From positions 33,668,001-33,732,000 of the forward strand of contig NC_087251.1 of NCBI RefSeq assembly GCF_037042905.1: 64,000 nt of DNA, written 5' to 3'. The position numbers and the translations under genes are program-made. The notes below the pieces were generated by a model, which was not told where the DNA came from, searched no databases, and was given only the letters and a program-made list of their open reading frames with translations. This DNA comes from Lytechinus pictus (lineage: Eukaryota). Positions 13,955 to 28,105 of the stretch are shown piece after piece. The first letter of the stretch is position 1; every line of letters begins with the position of its first letter.

Positions 13955-15239
13955 TTATTCCGAAGATGCAAGTCATGAATATTCATATTGGGGTCCGGAA
14001 CTGCGGTGAGAAAAATAATTTCATGCCCAGGATGACTTTTTGGTGAGGTTTATGGTGGTGGAAGAGCATCAATGTCTTCTGAAAGATTCTCAAGTAAAAT
14101 ATCATGCCAGAATCATTATGGGTACCGGTAACTCGCAGGTGCACTAGGACAACTCCTATGTGACTTATTCAATGAAAAGGAACCTAGGGTGACTCTTGGG
14201 TGAAATCTCTTGATGAATCTCATCAACTTTATTAAGATCACAGTGATGTCTATAAAATCAGCTTATGTTTGGGGAAAAATATGTGAATAAAATTCAAAGA
14301 TATTTTTCTAGACTTGAAACCTGTAAATACTATCAGATATTTTTTCAATCTTTAATAGTTGGAATCCAAAGAGCATTACTTATTTGTTGCTATTTCTGGC
14401 AAGCTTCTAGAAATCTCTCAAGATATCAAGAACCAAATTTGCTCAAGAGTTTAACAATTTGAATATTAAAGTAAAATATAATTATTTTTAATATTCAAAA
14501 TCGATAATACATCTGAGATAGGTTCCTACATTTGCATATTTTATGGTTGAGGAATATCTGATTCTGAACATTACCGGGTGCCCTACATGTATTCCCTTCT
14601 TTGAGAAGTAAAGCCAAATATTTCAATAAAGTGACGTGACAGAGAAGAAGAGTCATCTAAAATGAGATGTGCACATTGAAAAAAAAAGATAGATAATGAA
14701 GGGAAATGTAAACGGTACCAGGTTACACGGCCCCTGATTCACCCATTAAGTCGACTTTGAACCCCGCTGGCTCGACCAGGCAATGAGCTTGCATTTTCCC
14801 CCCTCACTCTGGGGTACAGCCCCCAGAGGTTCAGGCGGGGATGGGCTGGGGGGAAATTTCATCAATCACCCTCCTCAATTGGCCAACATGCAGAGTTGAT
14901 AAGAGATTGCTGTCACTCTCTTGCATGCAACCTTTTCATACCGCAAGTAAACTTTCACATGTCTGCACCTTTTAAAGACTGTATGTAGTCAAACGGGGTT
15001 CATGTATATTCTGCAAGATAATTATGAATAATAATTATGAATCAAGATTGGAAATTCAAGCAATGGGACATAGGCAAATGTGAAAGAGCAGCGTACCTCA
15101 CTGAATACATGTAGCAACTCCGCTCTCTTTAAAAATATGATTATCACTATTTGCATTATATTTGGAAAATAGTAGCTTTGAGAACCTTGTCAGGAAAAGT
15201 ACTTTTTCAGATATCACAGTAAGAATCAGGTCTAAATAC

Positions 15240-15425
15240 CTGATGATGATGATATTTATGATGATGACAATGATGATCTTGAAGGTGATAATGATGATGA
15301 CAATGATGACGATGATGACGATCACGATGATGATGATCATCATCATAATGATGAGGAGGATGAAAATGATGATGATGATGATGGTGGTGATGGTGGTGAT
15401 GATGATAATGATGATGATAATGATT
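15240..15425. repeat. (GAT)n microsatellite
   Basis: Direct observation; second short tract at ~15530-15575. Confidence 0.9.
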
Positions 15426-18400
15426 CTATTCTATTCCATTTCAATTATTTTTCATATGTTTAGGCCTATACTTTCTTGAAGCACCATGAACACCGAAAGA
15501 TAGATCTGTGCATTATAGCAGTCATTGTTATTATCATGATGATGATGATGATGATGATAATCATTAATAATAATGATACCAAGAACAAGAGGAACGATAA
15601 CAGTATTTTCATATTTTCATGCCTGTAGATTGTCAACTTAGAAGCAGGATTCTCTATCTCATCACTCACTTCAACTTTAATTCCATGTAATAACATAAAA
15701 GGAAATGTACATCAAATGGACATTACCAAGTGTAGGCAGTGGTTTCAGATATTTAACCAAAAGATACATGTAGCAGGATATTGAAACAACAAGAAAAATA
15801 ATGTTAAAGCAGTTCCATGGTCAAAGGCAGCATGGGGGTGTAAAGAGGTAAAGATGCAACATGTATTTAAATAGAGAAAAAGAAAACAGAAAACAGAGAA
15901 ATGGAGATATAGATAAGAGGATGGAGGGAATTTGCATCATGTTGTTGACAAGGAAATCATGGAGAAAAAAAAAGAAATGGAAGAGGTGCACATGAATGAA
16001 GTAATCCAGAAATTCAAGGTCACCAATATTCATGACATCATTAATGCTTCAGTCACTGTGTTTATCACATCTTGATCTCTCTCTGAACTTCAAACTTGAA
16101 GACACTTAACTTACACATCACTAGATACAAATCATACCCCCTCCCTACCACTTTTCTTTTCTGCAAGAGTAATCAGAACCCCCCCCCCCCATGAAATTGA
16201 AAGTGCCGTCAAAACACATTCTGCAAAGACAATAACTAAGGTAAAATGAGACTAAGTATTATTGATAGGTTCCTACATGTACATGAATAAGGTTTGAATA
16301 TGGTTGCTGAATCGGTGACTGTTGTGTCCAGTATTACAAAGCAAGTACGTATACGGTAAACTCACACAAACAAATTTTAATGTTCTTTCCATCAATCCTT
16401 TTCTATATAATTATGTTTTTCTTCCTTATCCGCACCTATCCCTTTCCTACAAGTGGATTACAATTCAAAGTGAAACTATATAGTTTTACATGATGTACTT
16501 ACAACACAATTTTCTTACTGATAAACAACATTCAAGGCTAATGGAAGGTCAATGACAAGAATTTGTGATAAAATTTTTGTATTGAAAGAGTAACATTTCA
16601 AACACACAGTATTTTGCTCATTTCAATGATAAATGACATTGAAAGTTTGGGGGTTTATTTTAAGAGTCATTCAATTTTGAAAATCAAACTCTGACATCAG
16701 GTTAATTCAAACACAAGTTCAGAAAAATGAGAGAAACATATTAATGAGGATATGATAAAATTACATTAATGAAAATAACAGAGATGTGGATTTTTTATGG
16801 TTGATTTTCTGATGTCACATGCGAGCAGCTCCCAGTACATGTCTACATCATGAATTCCATAAATAACCATTTTGTTATGGTTACAGATGATTGAAAAATA
16901 TCAGCATGCTTGAAATAGTGTGTGACAACATATTGAATGCAAATGTAAAATCATAGGCAATTTTCTGAGAAAATGGCATTTTTATGGAATTCATATCTTG
17001 TGACATTGAAGGGTTGCTAAATATTTTCTTACAAAACCACTCAAAACCACTTACAGAGGAAGATGGAAAGATTTCACTACAAAAAAGGGAAAAGTAAAGG
17101 CCTAAATGCATAATGTTGATGAAAAATATCCTTTATAAAAAAGAAATCAAATTCAGAACAATGAAAGATACATTTTTAAAATACCCGTACTATTGTAGAA
17201 ATTATAAATGTGGAAATTATGAAAATATTATCTATAGAAATGATGAATTGTGATACCTGGAAAATGAAATACATACATGCAATTAACAACTCAATGGAGA
17301 AAAGCAAACATCCCATCCTCATCAACAAAGGCGTCTTTGTCTCGCTATCAGCCCAACCATAACAGCAAACTACTCAATTATATGTTTGATGATCAATTAA
17401 ACCTATCCAACCTTCAACTTACTACATGCCCAATTAAATAGTGAAATTCTAAAGAAAGCCAAATATTAATACAATTGCGAGTCTTTCATGTATATTTCTT
17501 GTTTTGTTTAATAAAAAGGAGCTAGAAACGCTTGCGAAGTCAGACAATAGCTGAAGCAATGAAGCGTTGATAAATGGGCTTTCAACTCTAACAAGGACAA
17601 TTAAAATGTGGCGAGTGGGTTATTGAGTTCGACAGACTGGGTAAAGTGGGCTACACAGACACAGGGCATACATATCCCCTTCATTTTGTCTCTTTTTTTT
17701 TAAATTTCTGTCGAATCCTAAGCCCATTAGGCCTGTTTACTATTGAACATTATTTTTAGTTTTTCATTCATTTTTCAACTTTAGTTATTCCTTTTAATCA
17801 GTTGGTACATTCTAAATTACATGGATCAATTGAAAACAGAATGGCTGTGAATAGAGACAATCTGAACATCGGATTAATAGTAAAACATAGTGGATTTAAA
17901 TTCAAATCCAATGAGATCTAAATATTAATTTTTGTGTTCAAAATAAATTTTGTATTCAAGTAATTCAGGGTGTACTAAATAAACTACAATATCTACAACC
18001 CAATTTGCTATGTCTTGTAGTTAGCATTTAGGTTGTCAAGAATAAGGGTTTTTTAAGTATGCATTTGTTTAAAAAAAATATAAATAAATAAAAATATGAT
18101 TAAATGTACTGCAGTATGTAGGCTTGAGAAATTTTAGTCTACAGAAATTTTATTTCCTAAAACCCTTGAATTTCCTTTTTCCACCTCACAAAAAAATAAT
18201 AGATAGATGACTTTGTTTTCCAGACATTGATTCAGGAATATATAAATCTATTATTTTGTTGAGTTTACATTAGTAAAACTTTCAATGAAAATGATTATTT
18301 ACAAGACACACAAAAATATAAATGTACATGCATATACAAGGCAATGCTCTCCTGCTTTTAAAACACTAATATTCCAACACAGTCCAAAACATATTCCCAG

Positions 18401-21400
18401 ACTGTAATCGCATCAATGACTCATGTTTTAATTTCTTGTCATCACTGCCATCAAACAAGAATTCATGAGGGAAATTCATTTTAAATGATTGCGTGCCTTC
18501 TTATAACCTCTTTACAAGAACTTGGCCTAGTATTCATTGCCCTTTTTTTATCAGATGGATGGACCCTGGTAATGTTACTACTGGGGTTCACTGCAAGCTT
18601 TAAATATGGCTGATTGAAGGTTGATATTAAAGAATTTCAAATTCACATCTACATGTTCAACTCGTGAAATATTGTTATTTACATTGTGAAATTTCGTTTA
18701 AAAATCCGGGGGAAGTTAGAACCTTGTATTAATATTTCTTTTAAGTATTACTCGAGAAAATGAAGAAACATATGGCAGCCAAATAAAAAAGACTTTGATT
18801 GCCATTTATTATGCTGCTGTGTATATGTTTCATTCTATGAAATATGAAAGCTTGGATTTGGACAGAATATGCCTTTCCCAGTTTTTTTTTCTTCAGGGAA
18901 GAACTTGTAATGTAATGAGTAATGATCATCATCCTCATTCCTCAACAATATGAGATTCATTCATAAATTTTCAATTGTGCAAAATAACTTCTGACAAGTA
19001 TAACAAAAGGAAATGCTTGCTTGGGAAAGTGAGAAAATTGGCTTCCATTTCTTTCAGCAAAGATGTGATTGTTTGGGGGTTTTTTTTCAATATACTAGAG
19101 AGGATAGTTTGTATTCGGACAGGATATCACTTGTTCAGCTGATTACAAAGAGAATTTAGAAGAAAAAATATCACATGGTATTGTGATTTAAGATTTATAA
19201 CAATAATTTTGTTCACTCAACTGGAGGCTACTGATGTTTAGAACAATTAATGAATTGTGCTTTATGATGACATAATAGGAGGAGTCTTTATAATCTACAA
19301 GCATGCTACCAACAATGTGAACAAGAAGACTATACTGTTTTAAAAGCGACTAAATTGAAAATGAAAAACAAAATTCTTTTGGCTATTAAAAGAATGATTC
19401 CTGTATAACTAAAAAATCTTTCTGCTAATTAAAAACACTTTAAATCGATTTGATTTGATTTGTTTCTTCTGTATTCATATCATTTTTATAATACAATTTT
19501 CATTAACAGTATCTAGTGATTACTTTTTGGGGGGCATGAATCAGAGGGAAAAAATAGACTAAAAAATACTCTTCGAAACAAATACACTACCAAATTATGA
19601 TAACATTCACAACTTGCAGTAGGATAGTCATCTTAAGCAGTTATTGACAAAAGACAACCCCAGAGCCCAGCGGAAGATTAAAGTATGACCATCTTCAATA
19701 GATACTTTTATTTAAATGAAGGAAGAGAATTGTATGGTTTTACCAATGAGACAAAAATAACTCTATACATGTATATAATCAAACATCAGAGGGCAGTCTT
19801 TCCATTTCACTCAGAACTTCAGAAGGATGTTATAAGATGACAAACAAGACACTTCGACAGAGAACTTAGAATAAATCTGGTGTATATCTATACTTTGTTC
19901 AATCAACATACACCTTCTACATCAGGACTATATGAAAGAGTCTTTACGCTGAAGTGAAAAAATCTGTATAATGTAATTCAAGATACAATTTGTGTAAAAC
20001 CACAATATCTCCTTTTTTTCTTTATAGAGGTAATACATGTACTTCTAGAGTCTGTACTGATGAAAAGTTCTGAGAACAAAATATAGTGTTCTCAAAACTT
20101 TTTTCTCTTTCCCAGATTAGTTGGAGGGCAGGTGGGGTGAAACACAGTATGGCATTTCCAATACAAATTTCTCCTCTTAGCTATTTACCTAGTACACATC
20201 TGGGAATACAATACATGGACATACTAGCTTTGAGCGAAAATTCTTATATTGGACATAACCATGAAGTTGCCCTCACTTTTAATTAAAGCATTTGAGCACT
20301 TGGTTATGGATAACAAATAAAAGAGTGTGGCAAATAATCATGTTTGTTTTTAGAAAGAATGAGTGAGATTTCCATCGAGGGCTTCAAATGGTGATCATAT
20401 TCAGAATTTTTTTTATGCAAGTTGGTTTCTAGGTTTAATATGTAATTCTAAAGAAATTATGTAATCCACTAAGAAAACTTAAATCTCATTCAGCACGCTG
20501 CTATGATGCCAAGATACATGCGTATGGTTTGGGGTTTTTATAGTGTTAAACCATAAATTTTCATCCAAAAAGAACATCTTTTTCCATGGCATAGAAATGA
20601 GAAAATGCAAATATAGGTCACCTATTATCACTGCGCGAAAGCTGTTTGGTTTCTTTAAAAAAAATAATGTGTGAAGCAATAACTAGTTTGGTTTGATTGC
20701 TGTGCGAACTGCTAAGCTGTTTTATTGGCCTAAATTCATTTGTTTGATCTTTCAGCACCCACGAGACTTAGCCCCAAAATGAAAGTTGGTTTAATTAACG
20801 TCCATACGTGCAGATGGACTTTTCCTTTCAGCATTCATGCAGTAAGGCTTCAGCTGCCACCGGGTATTGAAAATCAACAATTAGTAAAGCAGCAGCTCGC
20901 AAACAGAATATGCAGAGACAACTACTGAATGATGTATGATCAATATCTATGAGCATGCAAAGGTAATTTCTTGAAAATGAAGATAAAAGTCATGATTAAA
21001 ATAAAATGTAATCATGGTTTGCACATACACATACACCTGCATTCTGTGAAGCAAATGGAGTTTAAATAAAGTATGCCATACCTCTTTGGTTCTCTCTAAG
21101 AGTTTATTAGAAATTAATAGGAAAGAGATTAAACTAAATGATAAGCCAATGGACCCCATGGAAAAAACAGTGGCACTAAAATGTATCTTAATTCCAAAGT
21201 AATGGGCTATCCACAAAATATATATGTATAGATATTCGAATTCTAACATCTCGGGGTTTTTTTTCTTCTCATCTTGAAGTTTATTTTTTTAAACAATTAA
21301 ACAACAAAACATGACAGTTTTTTTTATTAGTAAAGGGCCATTGGTAAATATCTTCATTTTTTTGCTACTGGCTGACCAAGGACAAAGGCACAACTTATGA

Positions 21401-22274
21401 CAGAGAATGTTTCTTTTTCTCTTGGTCTTCTGGAAATAATAATATGAGTGTAAGCATAATGACGCAAACAAGCATAATAAATGCCTATGAATTCCATTCC
21501 AAGAAAAGACGCTATAGAAATGTAATTATTATTATTCGTACCTATTTTGGTTTGAATAAGAGGGCCTAAACTCTGTAGAATGTACAGACAATAAGACAAA
21601 GTCTAATGCACTGCAATATACTTTGTATAACAATTATTTAAATTAATATGTGCTAGAGCATGCTTCTTTCCCTTAAAGAGTAAATGTCAGTCAAATATTA
21701 CAAAGATATACAAATAGAAGCATGTGAGATAAAGCATGCATTTGTTATGGAAACCCAAATACCAATCGCATTGGGGATTATCAATCTAATTATTTAATAC
21801 TGCTACTTTACAACACCACCTTTAAACTTGAACATCCAGGAGAACTCTACCTTTGCTAATAATCGTAGCCCAGCAGCCCGTCACATTCCCGGGGCAAAAA
21901 TGCACTCCATTATTTACAGGTTTCTCATCGCTGACATTAGATTATTGGAATTATCCTTCTCTCTATCTGCTACCAATGCTCTGCATCGGTCATTAACTCC
22001 AGTAATTGGTGTCATTCGTCAAAAGACGGTGATGTGACATCGGGGATGCGCTTCCGTTGCCTCCCCACTTTGCCATGGTTTAAAGCTTGTTTTATTGATT
22101 TGCAATCTGTTTTAGAGCATTGGCGAGAAGTTAAAAATGAGACGCTGGCTGGCGTATCAACCTCTAGGATCTTCTGAGAAACCGGCGATAGAAGACGCAG
22201 AGTCTGCGGATCAGAATTATGAAGTTATCTGTTATTCTGATTACATGTCTACAGGAGCCTGGGAATCCGTGACA

Positions 22275-22910
22275 GTAAATTGCCAATTGGTCTACATGTA
22301 CAACTACTTTGTCTACTGCCCGTTTGGTCTCATCCTAAATGGTCCATTCCCATCTTGTCTACAACTAGTTTGCGTGATAGCCATTTGGTCTAATTGCCAT
22401 TTTGTCTTTTTTTTTACAATTTTGTCTAATTCCCATTTAAATTAGGTTATACCTATTTCATCTAATATCCTCTTGGTCTAACACCAATAGTCTATTTAAT
22501 ACTAATATTAATATGTCCATTAATATGGCACAGTTTTATGGACTGTTCATGAACCAAATTTTCATTTGACAAAGTAAAATATAATAGACCTTAAGCATTA
22601 ATGTCATCGCACCATCATCTTTAGAGGCTGTAGCCATTGCCTTGCATGCATTGGTGATCTGCAGCTGGCGTATTTCTGACATTTCTCCGTTTACACACAT
22701 TCCTATATCCTCTGAGGGAGGGCGCTATGAGATTATAATGTATTAAGGTATAAATTGTAGATGAATTTAAAATAAAAGACTAAGTGTAGTGCAGACCATG
22801 GTGCAGACAAAACACCAATTACGGTAGTCCAAATTGATAATGCACCAACTGGGTTTAGCCCAAGTGGTATTATACTATCTAAGTAGTTGACCAACTGCAT
22901 GTCTATTTGC
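22275..22910. repeat. Degenerate repeat element with ttg(g)tcta units on the left and their complements (agac/gaccaa) on the right
   Basis: Repeated ttggtcta/ttgtcta motifs at 22285-22495 mirrored by agac../gaccaa motifs at 22775-22895. Boundaries approximate. Confidence 0.4.
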
Positions 22911-23699
22911 AAGTCTTTGTTACTCCACTGCAAAATTGCAGCGGAGTAACTAAAAGTCACAAACAGAACAAAATGGCAGCACCTGCACACAGGAATTATA
23001 CCGTTACCGGCTGATAAAATCAACCAAGAAAACTTAATGGTCCTGCTCGGTATTTATTTCCATAGCTCTACTTGTTTAAGTTATGAAATAAAGTGTCATG
23101 TGAAAATTTTGATAGATCTACAAGTAGATGTGGTTCACATTCTCATAGTCTTTGGTGACATTAAATTTCTTATGCATATATTCCTTATTTTAGCGGTCCA
23201 TAAGTCTGAAGAAATTGCAATTGTGACCGGCATCATGTGGTCCCAGAAGACCACCAGCTTCGAGTCGGCCCTAATTGAAATTATGATTTGAAATATAATT
23301 TTTCTTCATATGTATTCTGAGCTTACATGTTATATGTAATCACACAGTGTTATATGGAAGAAGATATTAATATCTGAAGCTATATAGCACCTTACCGTGA
23401 AATCAAATATCACAATTAGAGTTATCAATCACTACAGGATTAATTATCATGCTCATACATGTAATGGTAGATTAAATATTCCAGCCAAAATACGGAACTG
23501 TTCTCATTACAGTCCAAAGAAACTAGATACAGGTCTGTGGAGATTGTCACAAATCAACACAAGGACATGCATAAAAGACTAGGCAATACAGTGGAGACAT
23601 CAGACAGAGCCCATCATGGCTAACATGGTCTGAATTTCAAACTACATGGGCTAAAAGCAAAGAATGCTTTAGCAGATCCATGCATGGGACGAACTCATT

Positions 23700-24000
23700 A
23701 GCGTAAGACATGCCTGGAATGCAGAGAACGCAAGCCCATAGTCATACTACCACCCCATCATCAAAAACGTCCATCTTCACGAGCTTGTCATTTCGCCAGC
23801 GGATGGTACTGGAGGTCTGGTATCGTGCTCTCGTAAATCCGTACACGTAAGCCCTCCTGAGCTGGTGGTTTCTCAGGTGCTTTGTAACAACACAAGATGA
23901 CTGATATTGTATGCGATGTATTGTAACAGGGCTTGGAAGCATCTGACAGGGGGCCCGGTTGTATATTCTTGAGGCGATTCAAACAAATGAAGATTGACTG
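23700..24000 (-). mobile_element. Possible heavily decayed RTE-clade LINE 3' ORF fragment
   Basis: Frameshifted - strand peptides ..HQLRRA / VRIYESTIPDLQYHPLAK*QAREDGR resemble the RTE motif QLRWAGHVxRMxxxRIPKxLLYGELxxGxRxxGRP. Confidence 0.3.
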
Positions 24001-24149
24001 ATATACGTGATGCCAATGCTACACATGACTTTGGGATGTGAATAGCATGGTAAAAGGATGGAGGAGGTGGTGTACATGTATGTCCAAATACATTGAGGAA
24101 GTAAATTTGTACTATACATGTATAGTACTTAGTAGGGTACATGTTCCTA

Positions 24150-24290
24150 CATTTACCACTCTCCATCCAGGTGTAGTAAATGGGTAACTGGTAAGAAGTT
24201 CCTTGAATGCTGGAGCACCTGATCAAGGTGGTCATTCTAAAGCTGAGCTAATATTATACAGCACATTTAGAAACATTGTATTAAGCACTA
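24150..24290 (+). mobile_element. Degraded SINE central/3' fragment
   Basis: cactctccatccaggtgtagtaaatgggtaac matches the central block of the SINEs at 35113-35398 and 62667-62936. Confidence 0.5.
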
Positions 24291-25500
24291 TATTAATGTT
24301 GTTTATTTTTATTTATTCATTATTATTACAGTGCACAAAAATACATATTACCATTAATGTAACATGTAATAGCAAGACTAAAATAAGAAATATTTGCAAA
24401 TAGAGAATTTTTTCAACTCTCCTAATAGTCTCATAATTTGTTTAGGTTTCCATCTTTTAGAGAGACAAGCCAATACCTAATATGCTGAGCATGATTTCTC
24501 AATTAAGAGCACCAATATATTCCGGAAATAAAATTTTATTATATTCACCAGAAACAATTCCAGTAATCTCATATTCTCTTTTTCAGGATTAATAGCTGCG
24601 ATAAAGACTGTTCCTCAGGAGCAGCAGCTAACAAACTGCATTAAATCGGTCATTCCCCGAGTCATTCTCCCAATTGACGGGGAAATAATCCGTGAATCCC
24701 CGTAATTAGCCTGGCAGCATTAGTTTCTCACTCGTACCATGGATTATGCATGAAAATGATACGATTAGGGTCCCCAAAACCAGAAACTGGGCTAAGTGAT
24801 TAACGCTTGACATTCTGGCCACAGCTGACTCTTCGCCAACTGTCAACTATCATAACTTTTGTGGCTATTAAACTTACCGCAGCTCAGCACACTCACAGAA
24901 GAAATCACCCAGTTTTACCTCATTAACTCCTTACCACTCACTCCAGCATCTCACCACATGCAAAACACACAGATGCTGCCTTCAGTAAATGAAAGCTTAA
25001 GCATACATTTCAATTGCTGAAAAATTCACAGGCCTCCAGTTCATTTGAAGAAATCATACATTATTCATGCAACTCCATTGACGATATCAGGGACGCTTCA
25101 TTAGCTTTGACATTATCAATTTGTTAGGGATTATCTTTCTTTTTTTTTGTAATCCTTCGCAGGGAGAGTTTATTACCTGACCTACATGTAATGATCATGA
25201 CCTGCATTTTCATGTGGTTTTGTGTTTTCAAGAGTTTTGCAAATTTCCATATTCTATCAAAGGTTGGTTTATTGTTTATAAAACCCAAACTTTTCAAACT
25301 ATTTGTGTGTAGCGGAGCCTGGATTTCAAGCAGGCATTTAAAGATAGCCCTTACCCCCAATTATTTTGAATGTGTGCACTAAAAACTGTCACAATAAATA
25401 TCTATATGTACACGTAAAATCAGAAATAAGCAGATGTAAAATACAAATTAGGAATGTATAAATAGAAAGTACAATACAGAAGGAATCAAATGAGACAAAG

Positions 25501-25634
25501 GGCCAATTTTCACAAGACTTTAACAAATTTCCAATATTTTAAAGCTACTGAAATAATTTGATTTGATTGGCTGATGGTAAACTTTTTACAGATATTTTGT
25601 ATTTGTTATTATAGGTGTTTATGCAATGGGACCC
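25501..25634. mobile_element. Degenerate Harbinger-like MITE
   Basis: Termini gggccaattttcacaa / ttatgcaatgggaccc; internal gatttgattggctga. Confidence 0.4.
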
Positions 25635-25679
25635 AGGGATGCCGGTCAATATTAATTATTTGACCTGAAAAAAGGCCAG

Positions 25680-25824
25680 GGGCCCGTTGCAGAAAGAGTT
25701 GCGTTTAAACGCAAGTAACAAAATCAATCACAAGTCCCAAATGCGCGCTGTTGATTGGATGAAAATCAAGTTGCGCATGATTTTAAGAGTTGCGATTGAT
25801 TGTAACTCTTTCTGCAATGGGCGC
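25680..25824. mobile_element. Harbinger-like MITE with CAG TSD
   Basis: CAG|gggcccgttgcagaaagagttgc ... gtaactctttctgcaatgggcgc|CAG. Confidence 0.8.
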
Positions 25825-26363
25825 CAGAACAAGATAAACCCCCACCCTGAAAAAAAACCTGGAATGAAAGTTGTCAGTGTTTAAAATCAAGCAAAAGCTT
25901 CAAGACTGGCATCTCTGAGTGAGACCATTAAAAACTCAGAAATAGTGAGAATTCTTATAGAAACTTGATGGAAATATTGGTGTATTCACGTACATGTAGA
26001 ATACAAAAGTAATTGAAGTTTTAGAGAAAAAAAAATTGAAAAGGAAAAACATATCACAACAAATGCTATGAATACCCAAGATGGTAATGTCTTTCACCAT
26101 AGATCGCATTAATCCCCCAAATTGGCACAGGTTTTTTCTCTAATTGCATTTGATTAAAATTGAAGTCCAGGCCCAGGGTTTGTGCTGTCTTTCTCTTAAT
26201 TGACCTTCAATCAAGTCGTCTTCCTAGATCTGATTACATCAAATCAGTTTCCTTTCACGATAATTGAATCTAATGTCCCAAATCAATCGCCTTTTGCATA
26301 CTGATGATGAGTGGACTGCGCAGCGTCTGGAGGAGATACTGGGAAGCAACATTTGTGCCTTAA

Positions 26364-26943
26364 AGGACGAGTCCACCCAAACAAAAAGTTGATTCGAATA
26401 AACAGAGAATAATCCAACAAGCATCACTGAAAATTTCATCAAAATCAGAAGTAAAATAAGAAAGTTATGACATTTTAAAGTTTCGCTTAATTTCACAAAA
26501 CAGTTATATGCACATCCTGGTCGGTATGCAAAATGAGGAGACTGATGATGTCATCCACTAACTATTTCTTTTGTATTTTATTATATGAAATATTCTAATT
26601 TTCTCTTCATTGTCAAGTGAAACAACGATTAATTCCTCCCTGAACATGTGGAATTAGCATTGTTTGATACTATATGGTTCAGTCGAGTTGGTCCTTATTG
26701 TCAAATCTGTGAAAAATGAAATATTGTATAATTCAAACACTAAAAAACAAAAAAAATAGTGAGGGACATCATCAACATTCTCATTTGCATGCCACTGAGT
26801 TGTGCATATCACTGTTTTGTGAAAAATATTAAAGCGAAACTTTAAAATGCCATTACATCCAATTTTGATGATATTTTCAGCGCAAAGCTAGTTTTTTTTC
26901 TCTATTTATTCAAATCAACATTTTTCTGGGGTGGACTTGACCT
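26364..26943 (+). mobile_element. Kolobok/T2-type MITE, family B (copy 2)
   Basis: TTAA|aggacgagtccaccc ... ggggtggacttgacct|TTAA. Confidence 0.9.
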
Positions 26944-27008
26944 TTAAAAATAACCTTACTCACATTGAACAGCAGTGATGCTAGTCACAACAACTAAACC
27001 AACTCCTG

Positions 27009-27136
27009 TGTCACGTAACACAAAGGTTAGCAATTGATTGTACTTTGATTTTAACGACTGATTGTACATTGTAGTCAATGGAATCAATCGTAAAAAATGT
27101 TCTACAATCATTGCCTAAGCTTTGTGTTACGGGCCC
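27009..27136. mobile_element. Harbinger-like MITE (partial second copy at ~27190-27262)
   Basis: cgtaacacaaag / ctttgtgttacgggccc inverted ends, flanked by CTG / CAG. Confidence 0.6.
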
Positions 27137-27631
27137 CAGACCAACCAATGGTAAGTCACTGGAAATAATGTTATAGCTTCTGTCAGTCTGGGTACCATAC
27201 AAAGTTAAGTGATTAATTGTATGCTTGATTTTGACGATTGATTGTACATTATCAACAATGGTTTGAAGATTGAGAGATGGATGAAATAAATGAAGGGGCT
27301 GGAACTGAACATGGAACTGAGCAGGCAAAAATTTATTTTGGGGGAGAGGCCTACTTTTCATAACCTAATGCATTTAATAATACAGTTAATGAACATTTAT
27401 CTGGGCTCTTTTTTTTCAATGTCTATGGCCGTAATTTTTAGCATTTCAGGGGTAAAAATCGCTTGGTATTGGGAGAAAAAAAAGGTAGGGAGAGGGCAGG
27501 AGAGGAAGGGGAAACAGCGAGAGAGAGAGACAGGGGGTGATCATGTAGAACCAGCAAATCTCAAATTTTAATTAAATCAAACTCTTTAAAGTTTGGTTCC
27601 ATTCCATCTAAAAAAAAAAAAATCATCTATA

Positions 27632-28105
27632 GGTGGTTTCAGACCGCCTCGAAGTTCGTCAGTTCCAGGTATTCTCTGATCGGGAAATTTACCCCGATCA
27701 GAAAATACCAGGTATTTTGGTAATGTGAAAGCAAACTACGCGTAATTTCCCCGAAAGAAAATACCCGCTAAATAGTAGGTACTTGGCGAAATTACGAGAA
27801 CTTTCGCGGGGATTTTTCCAAGGTCTCAGGTATTTTGGCAATGTGAAAGCAATTTACGGGAACTTTTAGCCCAGCGTGTCGTTGGGCGCGGGCGCCGTGG
27901 GTGGCTGCTGGGCTAGTGATTTTTAATCTCGCGCCTTGCCTGCTTTTACAGATCATACTGCGCATGCTCGTAACTTCAGGAACTTATCCCGAAGGGTATG
28001 TTTCGGGACGGTGTGAATGCAGGAATAATTAATGGGTATTTTTTAGCCTAAAAAGTTCTTGTAATTTAACAGGGATTCTTATGATCGAGGCGGTTTGAAA
28101 CCACC
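27632..28105. mobile_element. MITE with ~21-bp TIR
   Basis: ta|ggtggtttcagaccgcctcga ... tcgaggcggtttgaaaccacc|ta; internal repeat caggtattttgg.aatgtgaaagcaa occurs twice. Confidence 0.8.

Larger units (their letters stand above)
11652..14025. mobile_element. MULE/foldback-like non-autonomous transposon (outer element of a nested stack)
   Basis: 9-10-bp direct repeat (g)cccaggatg at 11643-11651 and 14026-14034; long (~250-bp) inverted arms. The right arm is split at 12504/13958 by an insertion. Confidence 0.8.

Noticed and set aside
15098..15696. Met/Ile-rich ORFs
   Set aside because: Translation of (GAT)n microsatellites.
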